In this document: positions 1 to 14,444 of the stretch, piece after piece | Numbering within the stretch: the stretch's first letter is position 1 | Layout: every line of letters begins with the position of its first letter | From: Macrostomum lignano | Taxonomy: Eukaryota | DNA: 64,000 nt | Reading direction: 5' to 3' | Assembly (NCBI GenBank): GCA_002269645.1 | Contig: NIVC01003495.1 | Location: 30,974-94,973, forward strand | The notes under the pieces: generated by a model | The model's input: only the letters and a program-made list of their open reading frames with translations | What the model was told of the DNA's origin: nothing | Databases searched by the model: none | Translations under genes and position numbers: made by a program

Positions 1-751
1 TCGATTTGGATCTGGGTCTTCGATGACAGTGGTTGCTAGGGAACTGGTTTGAAAGTGAAAACTTTTTTTGTGGAAATTTTTTCACCAAACAATAATGTTT
101 TATTAAAAGTGTAAAAAGTTTCCATCAAACTGCAAGAAAAGTTTTTTTGTCGACTTTTAAAAAAGAAAATTTGTTTTCTGATTTTCTAAGCCTCTCAAAC
201 CGGTGGCAACAGTCTGTTTCGTTAATTATCTGCTATTTAATTTTTATTGCTAAAATAAAAATCTTGCCATTATTTTTCGATGAGCATACAGTGTATTTCA
301 GTGGCTTTAAAATGTTTGACTTACTTAACGGATGTGCGTGGCACATTTGGGCCAAAGCCCAAGACACACAGAGAGTGGTACGTAAGATAATTATGCTTAT
401 TCTTCCAGAAAAAAACAGGTAGCTAACTTTGCCTCTTTGGCAGCGAAAACTGGTCTTCAGAGGAAGATACCAATGCCATAAATCTTGCACATTCGATCCT
501 GCTCGGCAAATCGGTTATAGGAATCCATATACTAATTTTGCTCTGTTTTGATGTTTGTCTGAAATTGATTTTTCCTAGAACCGTCTTGTCGATTTTCCTT
601 TTAAATAGCTTTAAAAGCATTTGTAATTTTCTCATACACAAATCTTTTCGATGAAAAACTCGAATGGGAAGTGGGTCAAAATTCGAATAAAACGGTATTT
701 CTTAATGCATAGAGAATTTTGAATGCCCCCATGGGGGGCTTAGTGCGCTAG
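1..751 (+). mobile_element. Probable 3' end of a Helitron-like element
   Basis: GC-rich palindrome GCCCCCATGGGGGGC (725-739), an 8-nt spacer, then CTAG (748-751) followed by T. This matches the canonical Helitron 3' terminus. The 5' end is not visible and no Rep/helicase coding sequence was seen. Confidence 0.4.
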
Positions 752-1601
752 TTAACCTACTAAAACTATTTAATGTATCATTTAACTATGAATTTCTTTT
801 CTGTTGAATCCTCAATTGTATATTTTATTATTTTTCTTTTCGAGCCATTAAAACGAGGACTGAGAAATGATTTGAGGACTAGAAAAAGCGTCTATAGAAA
901 CAAAATGAACGCGAAAGTGCAACAAGTGCAAAAACGAGGAAACAAGTAGTTAAACATAGCAAAAAAATTTCCAGAAGGAGAAGTCCTTTTTTAGACTAAA
1001 CTTGACATAAATAGAGCTGCAGCATGGCCAACATTTGCTCACCTCAAGAAGAATCGCCTCAGAAGATAGTTCCAATTGCCTCGACTCCATTCTTCGATCG
1101 GTTTGGAGACAAGAAGTCCTTTGGTGGTTTCTCCTTGCAAAATTGCGTTCTAGCGCGCATTTTGCCAGTCTTTGAACACATTAACGGCCCATTGTTCTTT
1201 CCGGGATCATCTTGCATCACCTAGCCTAACGAATCGCGCTGAGGATGCAGAGGATTCAGTAGTAAATACTTTATATGCCGCAGTTGTTGCTCCAACTGCT
1301 GGTTCGAATAACTCGTCCAACCAGTCCAACGATTCGGGTTGACTAAATAGATCCATGTCACGGCCAGATACTGACACTGAGTCAAGAAAAAAAAATTTTT
1401 TCCTTTCCTAGCGAATCAGTGTTTTACTAGGTTAAAGTGTACTTAACCCACAGTTCTAAAAATAGCATGTCACGACCGAGATATACTGACTGAAGCTGCG
1501 GCCCATAGAGATCTGCGGCAAGACACAGTGCCATCCCTGAAATAATAATCCACTATACTTCATTTAGTAGTCCTGGGAGTAGCACTTGGCTGTGCCAGGC
1601 C

Positions 1602-2930
1602 ATGGCCACTGCCGACCACCTGCGAGCTGCCCTGGAGGCTGACGATCGCGAATGCCTACTGAGACAGTGCGGCCAGCTGGACGTCAACCTGACGTTGACG
1701 TCAAACGGCTACGAAGCAACTGTGACTCATCACGTCGCGTTCAAACCCTACGGACTCGACTGCCTCAAGCGGCTGGTTGACAAGCTGGGAGCCGCCTGCC
1801 TGACAACTGAAGTGGATGATGGTGGCGATTTGCCGCTGCATGTTGCGGCTTTGCGCCAGGATGAAAAATCGATGGAGTTCATCCGCAACAGCGCGGGACC
1901 GGAATGCTTCGAGCTGACTGGGCAGTTCAACCGAACCATTGTGCACATGGCGGCGCAGAATGAGCACAGCAGCTCAGCCCTGATGTGGCTGGTTAAGCAG
2001 ATCGGACCAGACTGCCTGAGCGTGCTCGATTCTGATGGCAACACGCCGGTCCACCTTGCAGCCTGGAAGCAGGATGAGGCGTCGATGCGGTTCATCAAAG
2101 AGCAGCTCGGAACTGACTGCTTCGTTCAGCGAGGAGAGATGCAGCGCACCGCCGTTCACATGTCTGCCTTGAATGTGGCCAGCAACTCGGCCTTCAAGTG
2201 GCTGGTGTGCGAGTGCGGCCCAGGCTCCCTGACGGAGAAAGATACCGAGAGCAACACTCCCGTTCACCTGGCCGCGCTAAGGCAAGGCGAGGACTCGATG
2301 CAGTTCATTAACGCGCAGCTCGGGTCTCAGGTGTTCCTGATCGAAGGTAACAATGGAGGCACTTCGGTGAACTTTGCAGCTGAAAACTGCATCAGCAAAT
2401 CCGCACTGGCCTGGTGCGCCAGGGAGCTGGACCCCAAGTGTCTGCTGGTGAAGGATTCGTTTGGCAGAATGCCAATTCACCTGGCAGCTCTGCACCAGGA
2501 TGAGCATTCGATGCAGCTGCTGGTGAGCTCACTCGGACGGGACTGCCTTACTCTGCCAGGTGAGATGCAGCGGACTGCCGTGCACTACGCTGCTCTAAAC
2601 TCCAGCAGCAGCTCTGCACTGAGGTGGATTGTCGGTCAGCTCGGACCCGACTGCCTGAAGCTGACGGACTCCGAGGGCAGCATGGCGCTGCATCTGGCGG
2701 CTCAGGTTCAGGGCGTGGACTCTCTGAGTCTCATCTTGGACTCGCTGGGCGCTGACGCCTTCAAGCTCGAGGGTCTCAACGGCCTGCGGATGGCTCACTA
2801 CGCCGCCGCGAACAGCCAGAAGCAGGAGCTGCTGGCGTGGATCGCCAGCGAGATCGGGCCCGACAGCCTGCATGAGCCCGACGCCCTGGGCAGGACTGCC
2901 ACCGAACTCGCCGCTGAAGACGATGAGTAG
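1602..2930 (+). CDS. Intronless ankyrin-repeat protein (442 aa, about 11 repeats)
   Basis: ATG-to-TAG ORF with repeated G-x-T-(P/A)-(V/L)-H-x-A-A motifs every 34-35 aa (GDLPLHVAA, GNTPVHLAA, RTAVHMSA, GRMPIHLAA, etc.). GC-rich codon usage against AT-rich flanks. Confidence 0.9.
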   Translation: MATADHLRAALEADDRECLLRQCGQLDVNLTLTSNGYEATVTHHVAFKPYGLDCLKRLVDKLGAACLTTEVDDGGDLPLHVAALRQDEKSMEFIRNSAGPECFELTGQFNRTIVHMAAQNEHSSSALMWLVKQIGPDCLSVLDSDGNTPVHLAAWKQDEASMRFIKEQLGTDCFVQRGEMQRTAVHMSALNVASNSAFKWLVCECGPGSLTEKDTESNTPVHLAALRQGEDSMQFINAQLGSQVFLIEGNNGGTSVNFAAENCISKSALAWCARELDPKCLLVKDSFGRMPIHLAALHQDEHSMQLLVSSLGRDCLTLPGEMQRTAVHYAALNSSSSSALRWIVGQLGPDCLKLTDSEGSMALHLAAQVQGVDSLSLILDSLGADAFKLEGLNGLRMAHYAAANSQKQELLAWIASEIGPDSLHEPDALGRTATELAAEDDE

Positions 2931-3130
2931 GCAGAGGCTGGCGAGGATACATTTTATGGTTTGAGTTGGAGTCTCCTGCTCCTTTTGCACTTCGATCTTC
3001 ATTATTGATTTTTCAAATCGATAAACCATGCAAATAAGCATTTGGTTCTTCTCGGCTTCACTGACACAATCTCGGGCTGGGGCCGGCTTCAACGTTGATT
3101 TTTTAACATTTTAACAATAAATTGAGCCCG

Positions 3131-3592
<462 letters not shown>

Positions 3593-3790
3593 CCTGTCTC
3601 TATACTCTATCTTGAAAAATTAAGTTTTCAGTCTACAATGCTCATGCTATGATGAAGCCAATAAGAAAACAAGTTATTTCTCGAATACCGGAGCAGAATT
3701 ATAATCTTTGTTATCAGCAAATACTAATTAATGTAGAATCTATCGTTTCTCTGTAAACCGAATGCTGGTTGCTAGGCCAAGTCCAGCAGC

Positions 3791-5709
3791 TTACACCCTG
3801 GTGATGGGTGAGTAGGCCAAGATTCTCGGATAGCCGGCCTCGGGTCTGATGGGCACAGCTGGGAAGTGCTGCTGGTGCTGCTGGTGCTGCTGGAGGTGGC
3901 GCTGCAGACCCGAGCAGCTCACAAATGATGGCGAGATTGGCATCGGCAGCGGTGGAGGCGGCGGCAGCTGCGCGAACACCGAGCTGAGCGCCTCGACCGA
4001 GGACGAACGCCCGCCAGCTGACGACTCGTCGAAAGAGGCCTGCCGATTCTGCCGATGGTGCAGCGACGACCGAGTCCGGCAGGAAGCCTGCCGCTGCCGC
4101 CGCTGGTGATCGAAACAGTCAGAGCCCCCCGGAGCGTCTTCTGCCGCACCCAGATCGTTGATCTCGTTGACGCTGCCGATGCAGCTGCTGGCTCCTTCAT
4201 CGCCGCCGTCGGATGTCGCCTCCGGCTGACGCTGCGGCGAACTGCCGGAAGCTCCTGTCGCCGCCGCTGCCGCCAACGCCAGGCGGTCTTTGCCGGCGGA
4301 GTTACCGACTGCCGAGCCGGAATCGACGGTCAGCATCCAGCGGTTGACTTCGTCCTCGCTGGAGAGCGGCGCCGGCTTGGCGCAGGGCAGGCAGCGGGCC
4401 ACCAGGTGGTTGGCGCTGCGATCGAATGCCAGCACGACTACGGGCTCGAGGGCGGCTCTGGCGAAGCCCAGGATGGTCAGCAGCTTGTAGACTTCGGCGC
4501 TCACCTGCGGTTGGGTAAGGCGGATAGATAAGAAGATGTAACGTTGTAACGGTGTTGCTACGGTGTTGCTACGGTGTTGCTATGGTGTTGCTACGGTTTT
4601 GCTACGGTGTTGCTACTCTGTTGCTACGGTGTTGCTACGGTGTTGCTACGGTGTTGCTACGGTGTTGCTACGGTGTTGCTACGGTGTTGCTACGGTGTTG
4701 CTATGGTGTTGCTACGGTGTTGCTACGGTGTTGCTACGGTGTTGCTATGGTGTTGCTACGGTGTTGCTACGCTTTTGCGACGGTGTTGCTACGCTGTTGC
4801 TACGGTGTTGCTACATTGCCTAGCAGGCCTCCTCCATTTTGCTCGCACCTGGTACTGCGGGTCCACCAGGATCAGCAGGAACAGCGGGTACCAGCACACA
4901 AAGTGCAGGCCGCACACCGCGCTCAGCACCCGCTGCCTGTTCCGTTTAATCTCGGCCAGGCTGTCCAACTTTCTGTCCACCGCCTCCATGCTGACCGGCA
5001 GCTCCTCCTGCTGGCTGCTCAGAATGATAAGCTTGGCCTGCACGGTCTTGCCGATGACCCGGTAGAACACGGCCAAGTAGTAGGCTGCGGCGGCCAGGGC
5101 CAAGGACACAATGAGGATCCACATGGTGTACACAATGTAGTTCTTGGCCTGCCCGTACACAAACAGGCACCGTTTGGATTTGCTGGACTCGAAATTGGCG
5201 CCAATCAAGGTGGGGCCCAGGTGCAAAATAATGCTGCCAGTGTACACCAGCACCGTGCCAAACAGCACGCAGCACAGGTTGCCCTTCGGCCGCTGCTTCA
5301 CCACGGTCGGGCAGTTGTCGAACAGGTACACCTCGCAGCAGGCCGCCGCCACCAGGTTGAACACCGAGGCGGTCATCAGGACAACGTAGCTCGTGCCCAG
5401 CGAGTTGCAGCTGCTCGCCGGCACGACGCCTTCTTGAAGGCCGCGAGCGAATATGACGCAATAGGCTGACAGCGCCGAGTTCAGCAGGCAGGCGTGCACC
5501 AGGAAGGCCGAGGACAGGCGCCGCGTGTGCGACTGCAGTAGCACTGCGGTCAGGAGGGCGGCATTCGCTGACAGGCCTAGCCCGGCAACCAGGTACATCA
5601 CGGCCTGCTCCAGTGCGTTGTGCAGTGCTTCAGTGTCCACATGTTCGTGCTCCGCTGCAGCCGCCGCTGCATCCGCGGTTGATGACGCCACTGATGAGTC
5701 ATCCGACAT
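3791..5709 (-). CDS. Orphan class A (rhodopsin-like) 7TM GPCR, 2 exons, about 524 aa
   Basis: Exons 5709-4849 and 4504-3791, joined by a phase-0 intron (CAG|GTGCGA...CCGCAG|GTG). Seven hydrophobic segments, the TM6 motif CWYP, and a TM7-like segment FARAALEPVVV that lies in exon 2. Long Ser/Ala/Gln-rich C-terminal tail. Confidence 0.85.
4545..4812. repeat. 11-bp minisatellite (ACGGTGTTGCT)n in the GPCR intron
   Basis: Tandem units fill most of intron 4848-4505. Confidence 0.95.
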
Positions 5710-5880
5710 TCTAGTCTGGAGTGAAAATAATTGCTTAAAAGTAACTTTTTGCACTTTTATCATTTCTCTTCACTTGCTCTCTGGACTCGCTTTGAAAAAT
5801 ATTTGTCTTTTCAGTTTTGTGTTTGTTTCCATTGCTCACAGATATCGCTATTATCCTGCTTATTGCTCTAGTAATTCTCA

Positions 5881-6460
5881 CCTCTCCTCTCCTCTCCTCT
5901 CCTCTCCTCTCCTATCCTCTCCTCTCCTATCCTCTCCTCTCCTCTCCTCTTCTCTCCTCTTCCCTCCTCTCCTCTCCTCTCCTCTCCTCTCCTCTCCTCT
6001 CCTCTCCTCTCCTCTCCTCTCCTCTCCTCTCCTCTCCTCTCCTCTCCTCTCCTCTCCTCTCCTCTCCTCTCCTCTCCTCTCCTCTCCTCTCCTCTCCTCT
6101 CCTCTCCTCTCCTCTCCTCTCCTCTCCTCTCCTCTCCTCTCCTCTCCTCTCCTCTCCTCTCCTCTCCTCTCCTCTCCTCTCCTCTCCTCTCCTCTCCTCT
6201 TCCCTCCTCTCCTCTCCTCTCCTCTCCTCTCCTCTCCTCTCCTCTCCTCTCCTCTCCTCTCCTCTCCTCTCCTCTCCTCTCCTCTCCTCTCCTCTCCTCT
6301 CCTCTCCTCTCCTCTCCTCTCCTCTCCTCTCCTCTCCTCTCTCTCCTCTCCTCTCCTCTCCTCTCCTCTCCTCTCCTCTCCTCTCCTCTCCTCTCCTCTC
6401 CTCTCCTCTCCTCTTCTCTTCTCTCCTCTCCTCTCCTCTCCTCTCCTCTCCTCTCCTCTC
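5881..6460. repeat. (CTCCT)n pentanucleotide array
   Basis: Pure pyrimidine-strand tandem repeat. Confidence 0.98.
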
Positions 6461-6919
6461 TTTACTCTCAAAAAAGTGTTCTAAAAGTGTCAACCGTATG
6501 CCATCTGCGCTCAGTCTGTTCTCTTACCTGTCAGTAACGAGAAACACAAGCAACCACAGCCCGAGGATAACACAACCTTTGTAAATAAACTTTTCTCACT
6601 GAATTTGAATCGCGGTTCTCACACTGCCAGCTATCTGCTCAAAGATTGAGCTTATTTATTTTTCTGTCCAAGAAAAGAGAATGACTGGAGCGACACAGCG
6701 TGACGCGCACTTGTCCTGCTGAGAATGGCCGAACCAGCTGGAGTGCTGCCAAGTCTCTATTGAGAGATTTTCTATTGAATGAACAGCAGCAGCTGTGGTT
6801 GGTCAAGCCTTCTGCTATGATGCTGCTGCTGCTTTCAGTTCGTTGCACTCACTGACTGGTTGGTTAATTGCACCCAGCGGGACTGGCCTCAGTACAGTAG
6901 ATGGTCCCTGCGTTCTCCA

Positions 6920-8701
<1,782 letters not shown>

Positions 8702-9124
8702 AGCCAGGTCTTTTACGAGGTCTATAACCCTATACTGCTCTCTGCCTATTGAAATTCAGTTGAAAAGACTCATTGAACTTTAAATATAAAAGGTGACTTT
8801 GAGTTCTAGGTTTCATAAAATTCATATTTCATAAAGCACAAGGAACTCAATTCAAATTCGTTTCATTCTTCGCTGCATTTCGGCGCCACAGCCTGCCGCC
8901 TTTTTACGGTCAAGCTGTCCATCTGACCGCCTCCCTCACTAAATTAACCCAGCCTCCAGTTTCACTGCCCTTATCCAGCTTCTTGCATTCGGGGGTTTTC
9001 CTGCGGCTGTTTTCAACTCCAGCCTGTAAAGCACATCGGTCGCGTTACTTCTCCTTGACTTAATAATTGTTACACGCCTAGACTTGGGGGGCAGAAAGAG
9101 AGATGGATGAAAACGGATGAGATG

Positions 9125-12107
9125 GAGAGAGTGGGGTAGAGTGAAGAGAGTAGAGAGAGTGGGGGCGAGTGGTGGAGAGTGGGGGAGAGTCGGGAGAGTG
9201 GTGGAGAGTGAGGGAAAGTGAGGGAGAGTGAAGGGGATTGAGGGAGAGTGGGAGAGAGTCGGGGAGAGTGGAGGAGAGTGAGTGAGCGTGGGGGAGAGTG
9301 AGGAGGATTGAGGGAGAGTCGGGGAGAGTGGGGGGATTGAGGGAGAGTCGGGGAGAGTGGGGGGATTGAGGGAGAGTCGGGGAGAGTGGGGGGATTGAGG
9401 GAGAGTCGGGGAGAGTGGGGGGATTGAGGGAGAGTGGGAGAGAGTCGGGGAGAGTGAGGGAGAGTGGTGGAGAGTGAGGAGAGTGGGGAGAGTGGGGGAG
9501 AGTGAGGGAGAGTGGGGAGAGTGACGGAGAGTGGGGGAGAGTGGGGGAGAGTGACGGAGAGTGGGGGAGAGTGAGTGAGTGTGAGGAGAGTGGGGGAGAG
9601 TGGGGGAGAGTGACGGAGAGTGGGGGAGAGTGAGTGAGTGTGAGGAGAGTGTGAGGAGAGTGGGGGAGAGTGGGGGAGAGTGAGGGAGAGTGACGGAGAG
9701 TGACGGAGAGTGGGGAGAGTGGGGGAGAGTGGGGGAGAGTGAGGGAGCGTGACGGAGAGTGGGAGAGTGGGGGAGAGTGAGGGAGAGTGACGGAGAGTGG
9801 GGAGAGTGGGGAGAGTAAGGAAGAGTGAGGGAGAGTGACGGAGAGTGGGGAGAGTGGGGGAGAGTAAGGAAGAGTGAGGGAGAGTGTGAGGAGAGTGGGG
9901 GAGAGTGGGGAGAGTGAGGGAGAGTGACGGAGAGTGACGGAGAGTGGGGAGAGTGGGGGGAAGTGGGGGAGAGTGAGGGAGCGTGACGGAGAGTGGGGAG
10001 AGTGGGGGAGAGTGAGGGAGAGTGACGGAGAGTGGGGAGAGTGGGGGAGAGTAAGGAAGAGTGAGGGAGAGTGACGGAGAGTGACGGAGAGTGGGGAGAG
10101 TGGGGAGAGTGGGGGAGAGTAAGGAAGAGTGAGGGAGAGTGACGGAGAGTGACGGAGAGTGGGGAGAGTGGGGGAGAGTGGGGGAGAGTGAGGGAGCGTG
10201 ACGGAGAGTGGGGAGAGTGGGGGAGAGTGAGGGAGAGTGACGGAGAGTGGGGAGAGTGGGGGAGAGTAAGGAAGAGTGAGGGAGAGTGACGGAGAGTGGG
10301 GAGAGTGGGGGAGAGTAAGGAAGAGTGAGGGAGAGTGTGAGGAGAGTGGGGGAGAGTGGGAGAGAGTGAGGGAGAGTGACGGAGAGTGACGGAGAGTGGG
10401 GAGAGTGGGGGAGAGTGGGGGAGAGTGAGGGAGCGTGACGGAGAGTGGGGAGAGTGGGGGAGAGTGAGGGAGAACGACGGAGAGTGGGGAGAGTGGGGGA
10501 GAGTAAGGAAGAGTGAGGGAGAGTGACGGAGAGTGACGGAGAGTGGGGAGAGTGGGGGAGAGTGAGGGAGAGTGACGGAGAGTGGGGAGAGTGGGGGAGA
10601 GTAAGGAAGAGTGAGGGAGAGTGACGGAGAGTGGGGAGAGTGGGGGAGAGTGAGGGAGCGTGACGGAGAGTGGGGAGAGTGGGGGAGAGTGAGGGAGAGT
10701 GACGGAGAGTGGGGGAGAGTAAGGAAGAGTGAGGGAGAGTGACGGAGAGTGGGGAGAGTGGGGGAGAGTGAGGGAGAGTGACGGAGAGTGGGGAGAGTGG
10801 GGGAGAGTAAGGAAGAGTGAGGGAGAGTGACGGAGAGTGGGGAGAGTGGGGGAGAGTAAGGAAGAGTGAGGGAGAGTGACGGAGAGTGGGGAGAGTGGGG
10901 GAGAGTGAGGGAGCGTGACGGAGAGTGGGGAGAGTGGGGGAGAGTGGGGAGAGTGAGGGAGAGTGGGGGAGAGTAAGGAAGAGTGAGGGAGAGTGACGGA
11001 GAGTGGGGAGAGTGGGGGAGAGTGAGGGAGAGTGACGGAGAGTGGGGAGAGTGGGGGAGAGTAAGGAAGAGTGACGGAGAGTGACGGAGAGTGGGGAGAG
11101 TGGGGGAGAGTAAGGAAGAGTGAGGGAGAGTGACGGAGAGTGAGGGAGAGTGACGGAGAGTGGGGAGAGTGGGGGAGAGTGAGGGAGATTGACGGAGAGT
11201 GGGGAGAGTGGGGGAGAGTGGGGGAGAGTGACGGAGAGTGGGAGAGTGGGGAGAGTGGGGGAGAGTGAGGGAGAGTGGGGAGAGTGGGGGAGAGTGAGGG
11301 AGAGTGAGGGAGAGTGAGGGAGAGTGAGGGAGAGTGATGGAGAGTGAGGGAGAGTGACGGAGAGTGGGGAGAGTGGGGGAGAGTGGGGGAGAGTGGGGGA
11401 GAGTGACGGAGAGTGGGGAGAGTGGGGGAGAGTGAGGGAGAGTGAGGGAGAGTGAGGGAGAGTGAGGGAGAGTGATGGAGAGTGAGGGAGAGTGACGGAG
11501 AGTGGGGAGAGTGGGGGAGAGTGAGGGAGAGTGAGGGAGAGTGAGGGAGAGTGAGGGAGAGTGAGGGAGAGTGAGGGAGAGTGAGGGAGAGTGATGGAGA
11601 GTGAGGGAGAGTGACGGAGAGTGAGGGAGAGTGAGGGAGAGTGAGGGAGAGTGACGGAGAGTGAGGGAGAGTGAGGAGAGTGAGGGAGAGTGAGGAGAGT
11701 GGGAGAGTGGGGGAGAGTGGGGAGAGTGGGGGAGAGTGAGGGAGAGTGAGGGAGAGTGAGGGAGAGTGAGGGAGAGTGAGGGAGAGTGATGGAGAGTGAG
11801 GGAGAGTGAGGGAGAGTGATGGAGAGTGAGGGAGAGTGAGGGAGAGTGAGGGAGAGTGAGGGAGAGTGAGGGAGAGTGAGGGAGAGTGAGGGAGAGTGAG
11901 GGAGAGTGAGGGAGAGTGAGGGAGAGTGAGGGAGAGTGGGGAGAGTGGGGGAGAGTGAGGGAGAGTGAGGGAGAGTGAGGGAGAGTGAGGGAGAGTGATG
12001 GAGAGTGAGGGAGAGTGAGGGAGAGTGAGGGAGAGTGATGGAGAGTGAGGGAGAGTGAGGGAGAGTGGGGGAGAGTGGGGGAGAGTGGGGAGAGTGGGGG
12101 AGAGTGG
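9125..12107. repeat. Purine-rich composite minisatellite, about (GGGAGAGTGA/GGGAGAGTGG/CGGAGAGTGA)n
   Basis: About 3 kb of 9-11 bp variant units with higher-order blocks. Confidence 0.95.
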
Positions 12108-12667
12108 TAGTGGGTGGCCAAAGCCAATAAATACGAGCAACCCAAAGAAAACACAGGGCAATCAGCACCAATTACTGGGCAGCTGCAAGGAATCGGTGCC
12201 TGCTGTCAGGAGGTCCAGTCAACCCTTGGGGACTTTTGGGGGCCGCTAGAAAAGGTGGCAGGCAGGCAGAAACAAGCCGACACCGCCTGAGAGAAATCTT
12301 CAACGCACAGCGCGGCCTGTCCCTCCCATTTTCCAGTTTCCAGTGTGCTTCCACCGGCAGACCCTGGACGCCCAGGGATTGTCCCCGGGAATGGGATAAT
12401 GCGATTGCTAAGCAGACCGTCTTGCTCCCTGGTCCCCTCTTGTCCCCCACTGTCTGCTTTCTGCTTTGTACAGAACCGGCATTTGCAAGTCCTGCAGGAG
12501 TTTCTTCTGCCTTTTATCTGGCACTTCTCCCTGCCAGCCCGGGTCCTCACCTCCCACTTAACCCCCCTCCGCCTTTGGCTGCACTGCACTTTCCCATCTG
12601 TTGCTTCGGCTTAAGCGACAGAAGTCGGTGAAGAAAAAAGGAGTAAAGTAAAAGCAGAAAAGAAGAT

Positions 12668-14045
12668 CTCTGTCTCTCTCTCAGCCCATCTCTGTCTCTC
12701 TCTCAGCCCATCTCTGTCTCTCTCTCAGCTTATCTCTGTCTCACTCCCAGCCCATCTCTGTCTCTCTCTCAGCCCATCTCTGTCTCTCTCTCAGCCCATC
12801 TCTGTCTCTCTCTCAGCTTATCTCTGTCTCACTCCCAGCCCATCTCTGTCTCTCTCTCAGCCCATCTCTGTCTCTCTCTCAGCCCATCTCTGTCTCTCTC
12901 TCAGCTTATCTCTGTCTCACTCCCAGCCCATCTCTGTCTCTCTCTCAGCCCATCTCTGTCTCTCTCTCAGCCCATCTCTGTCTCTCTCTCAGCCCATCTC
13001 TGTCTCTCTCTCAGCCCATCTCTGTCTCACTCCCAGCCCATCTCTGTCTCTCTCTCAGCCCATCTCTGTCTCTCTCTCAGCTTATCTCTGTCTCTCTCTC
13101 AGCTTATCTCTGTCTCCTCCCAGCCCATCTCTGTCTCTCTCTCAGCTTATCTCTGTCTCCTCCCAGCCCATCTCTGTCTCTCTCTCAGCCCATCTCTGTC
13201 TCACTCTCAGCCCATCTCTGTCTCACTCTCAGCCCATCTCTGTCTCTCTCTCAGCCCATCTCTGTCTCTCTCTCAGCCCATCTCTGTCTCTCTCCCAGCC
13301 CATCTCTGTCTCTCTCTCAGCCCATCTCTGTCTCTCTCTCAGCCCATCTCTGTCTCTCTCTCAGCCCATCTCTGTCTCACTCTCAGCCCATCTCTGTCTC
13401 ACTCTCAGCTTATCTCTGTCTCTCTCTCAGCCCATCTCTGTCTCTCTCCCAGCCCATCTCTGTCTCTCTCTCAGCCCATCTCTGTCTCTCTCTCAGCCCA
13501 TCTCTGTCTCTCTCCCAGCCCATCTCTGTCTCTCTCTCAGCCCATCTCTGTCTCTCTCTCAGCCCATCTCTGTCTCTCTCTCAGCCCATCTCTGTCTCCT
13601 CCCAGCCCATCTCTGTCTCCTCCCAGCCCATCTCTGTCTCACTCTCAGCCCATCTCTGTCTCACTCTCAGCCCATCTCTGTCTCTCTCCCAGCCCATCTC
13701 TGTCTCTCTCCCAGCCCATCTCTGTCTCTCTCTCAGCCCATCTCTGTCTCTCTCTCAGCCCATCTCTGTCTCTCTCCCAGCCCATCTCTGTCTCTCTCTC
13801 AGCCCATCTCTGTCTCTCTCTCAGCCCATCTCTGTCTCTCTCTCAGCCCATCTCTGTCTCCTCCCAGCCCATCTTTGTCTCCTCCCAGCCCATCTCTGTC
13901 TCACTCCCAGCCCATCTCTGTCTCACTCCCAGCCCATCTCTGTCTCACTCTCAGCCCATCTCTGTCTCCTCCCAGCCCATCTCTGTCTCTCTCTCAGCCC
14001 ATCTCTGTCTCACTCTCAGCCCATCTCTGTCTCACTCTCAGCCCC
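12668..14045. repeat. 22-bp minisatellite (CAGCCCATCTCTGTCTCTCTCT)n
   Basis: Direct reading. Confidence 0.95.
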
Positions 14046-14444
14046 TATCAACCATCCGACTGGAACTTTTTTGTTCGACTGTCTCCACCAGCCGGTCCTG
14101 GCTTGCCAAAAGCCTTTAGAAGTTGCTTTTCAACCTAAAGCCCGTTTATTAATCTGCAGCGAAATTAGCAGCAGATGGCATCAAAAGAAAAGTGCAAACA
14201 AGTCAAAAAGCAGCCAGGATTTTCGCGTTTGCTGTTTTGCACTTCCTGAACCTTGAAAACTGCCTGCTTTAACGCAGAGGGTTTGGTGGAATTCTTAGGT
14301 CCGAAAAATTCTCGTTTTTTTCTGCAAGAAAGCAGCAAAGATCAAAAGTGGAGATACGGAGGGGTCGGAGGACTGGACAGCTCCCGAGGTTTCAAAGGAT
14401 TCACTACCCTTCGCCTCTCGCTACCTTCTCCTGTCTCCTTTCAT

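Noticed and set aside
3791-4504. 237-aa ORF as an independent gene
   Set aside because: It begins at a splice acceptor and supplies TM7 and the tail of the GPCR.
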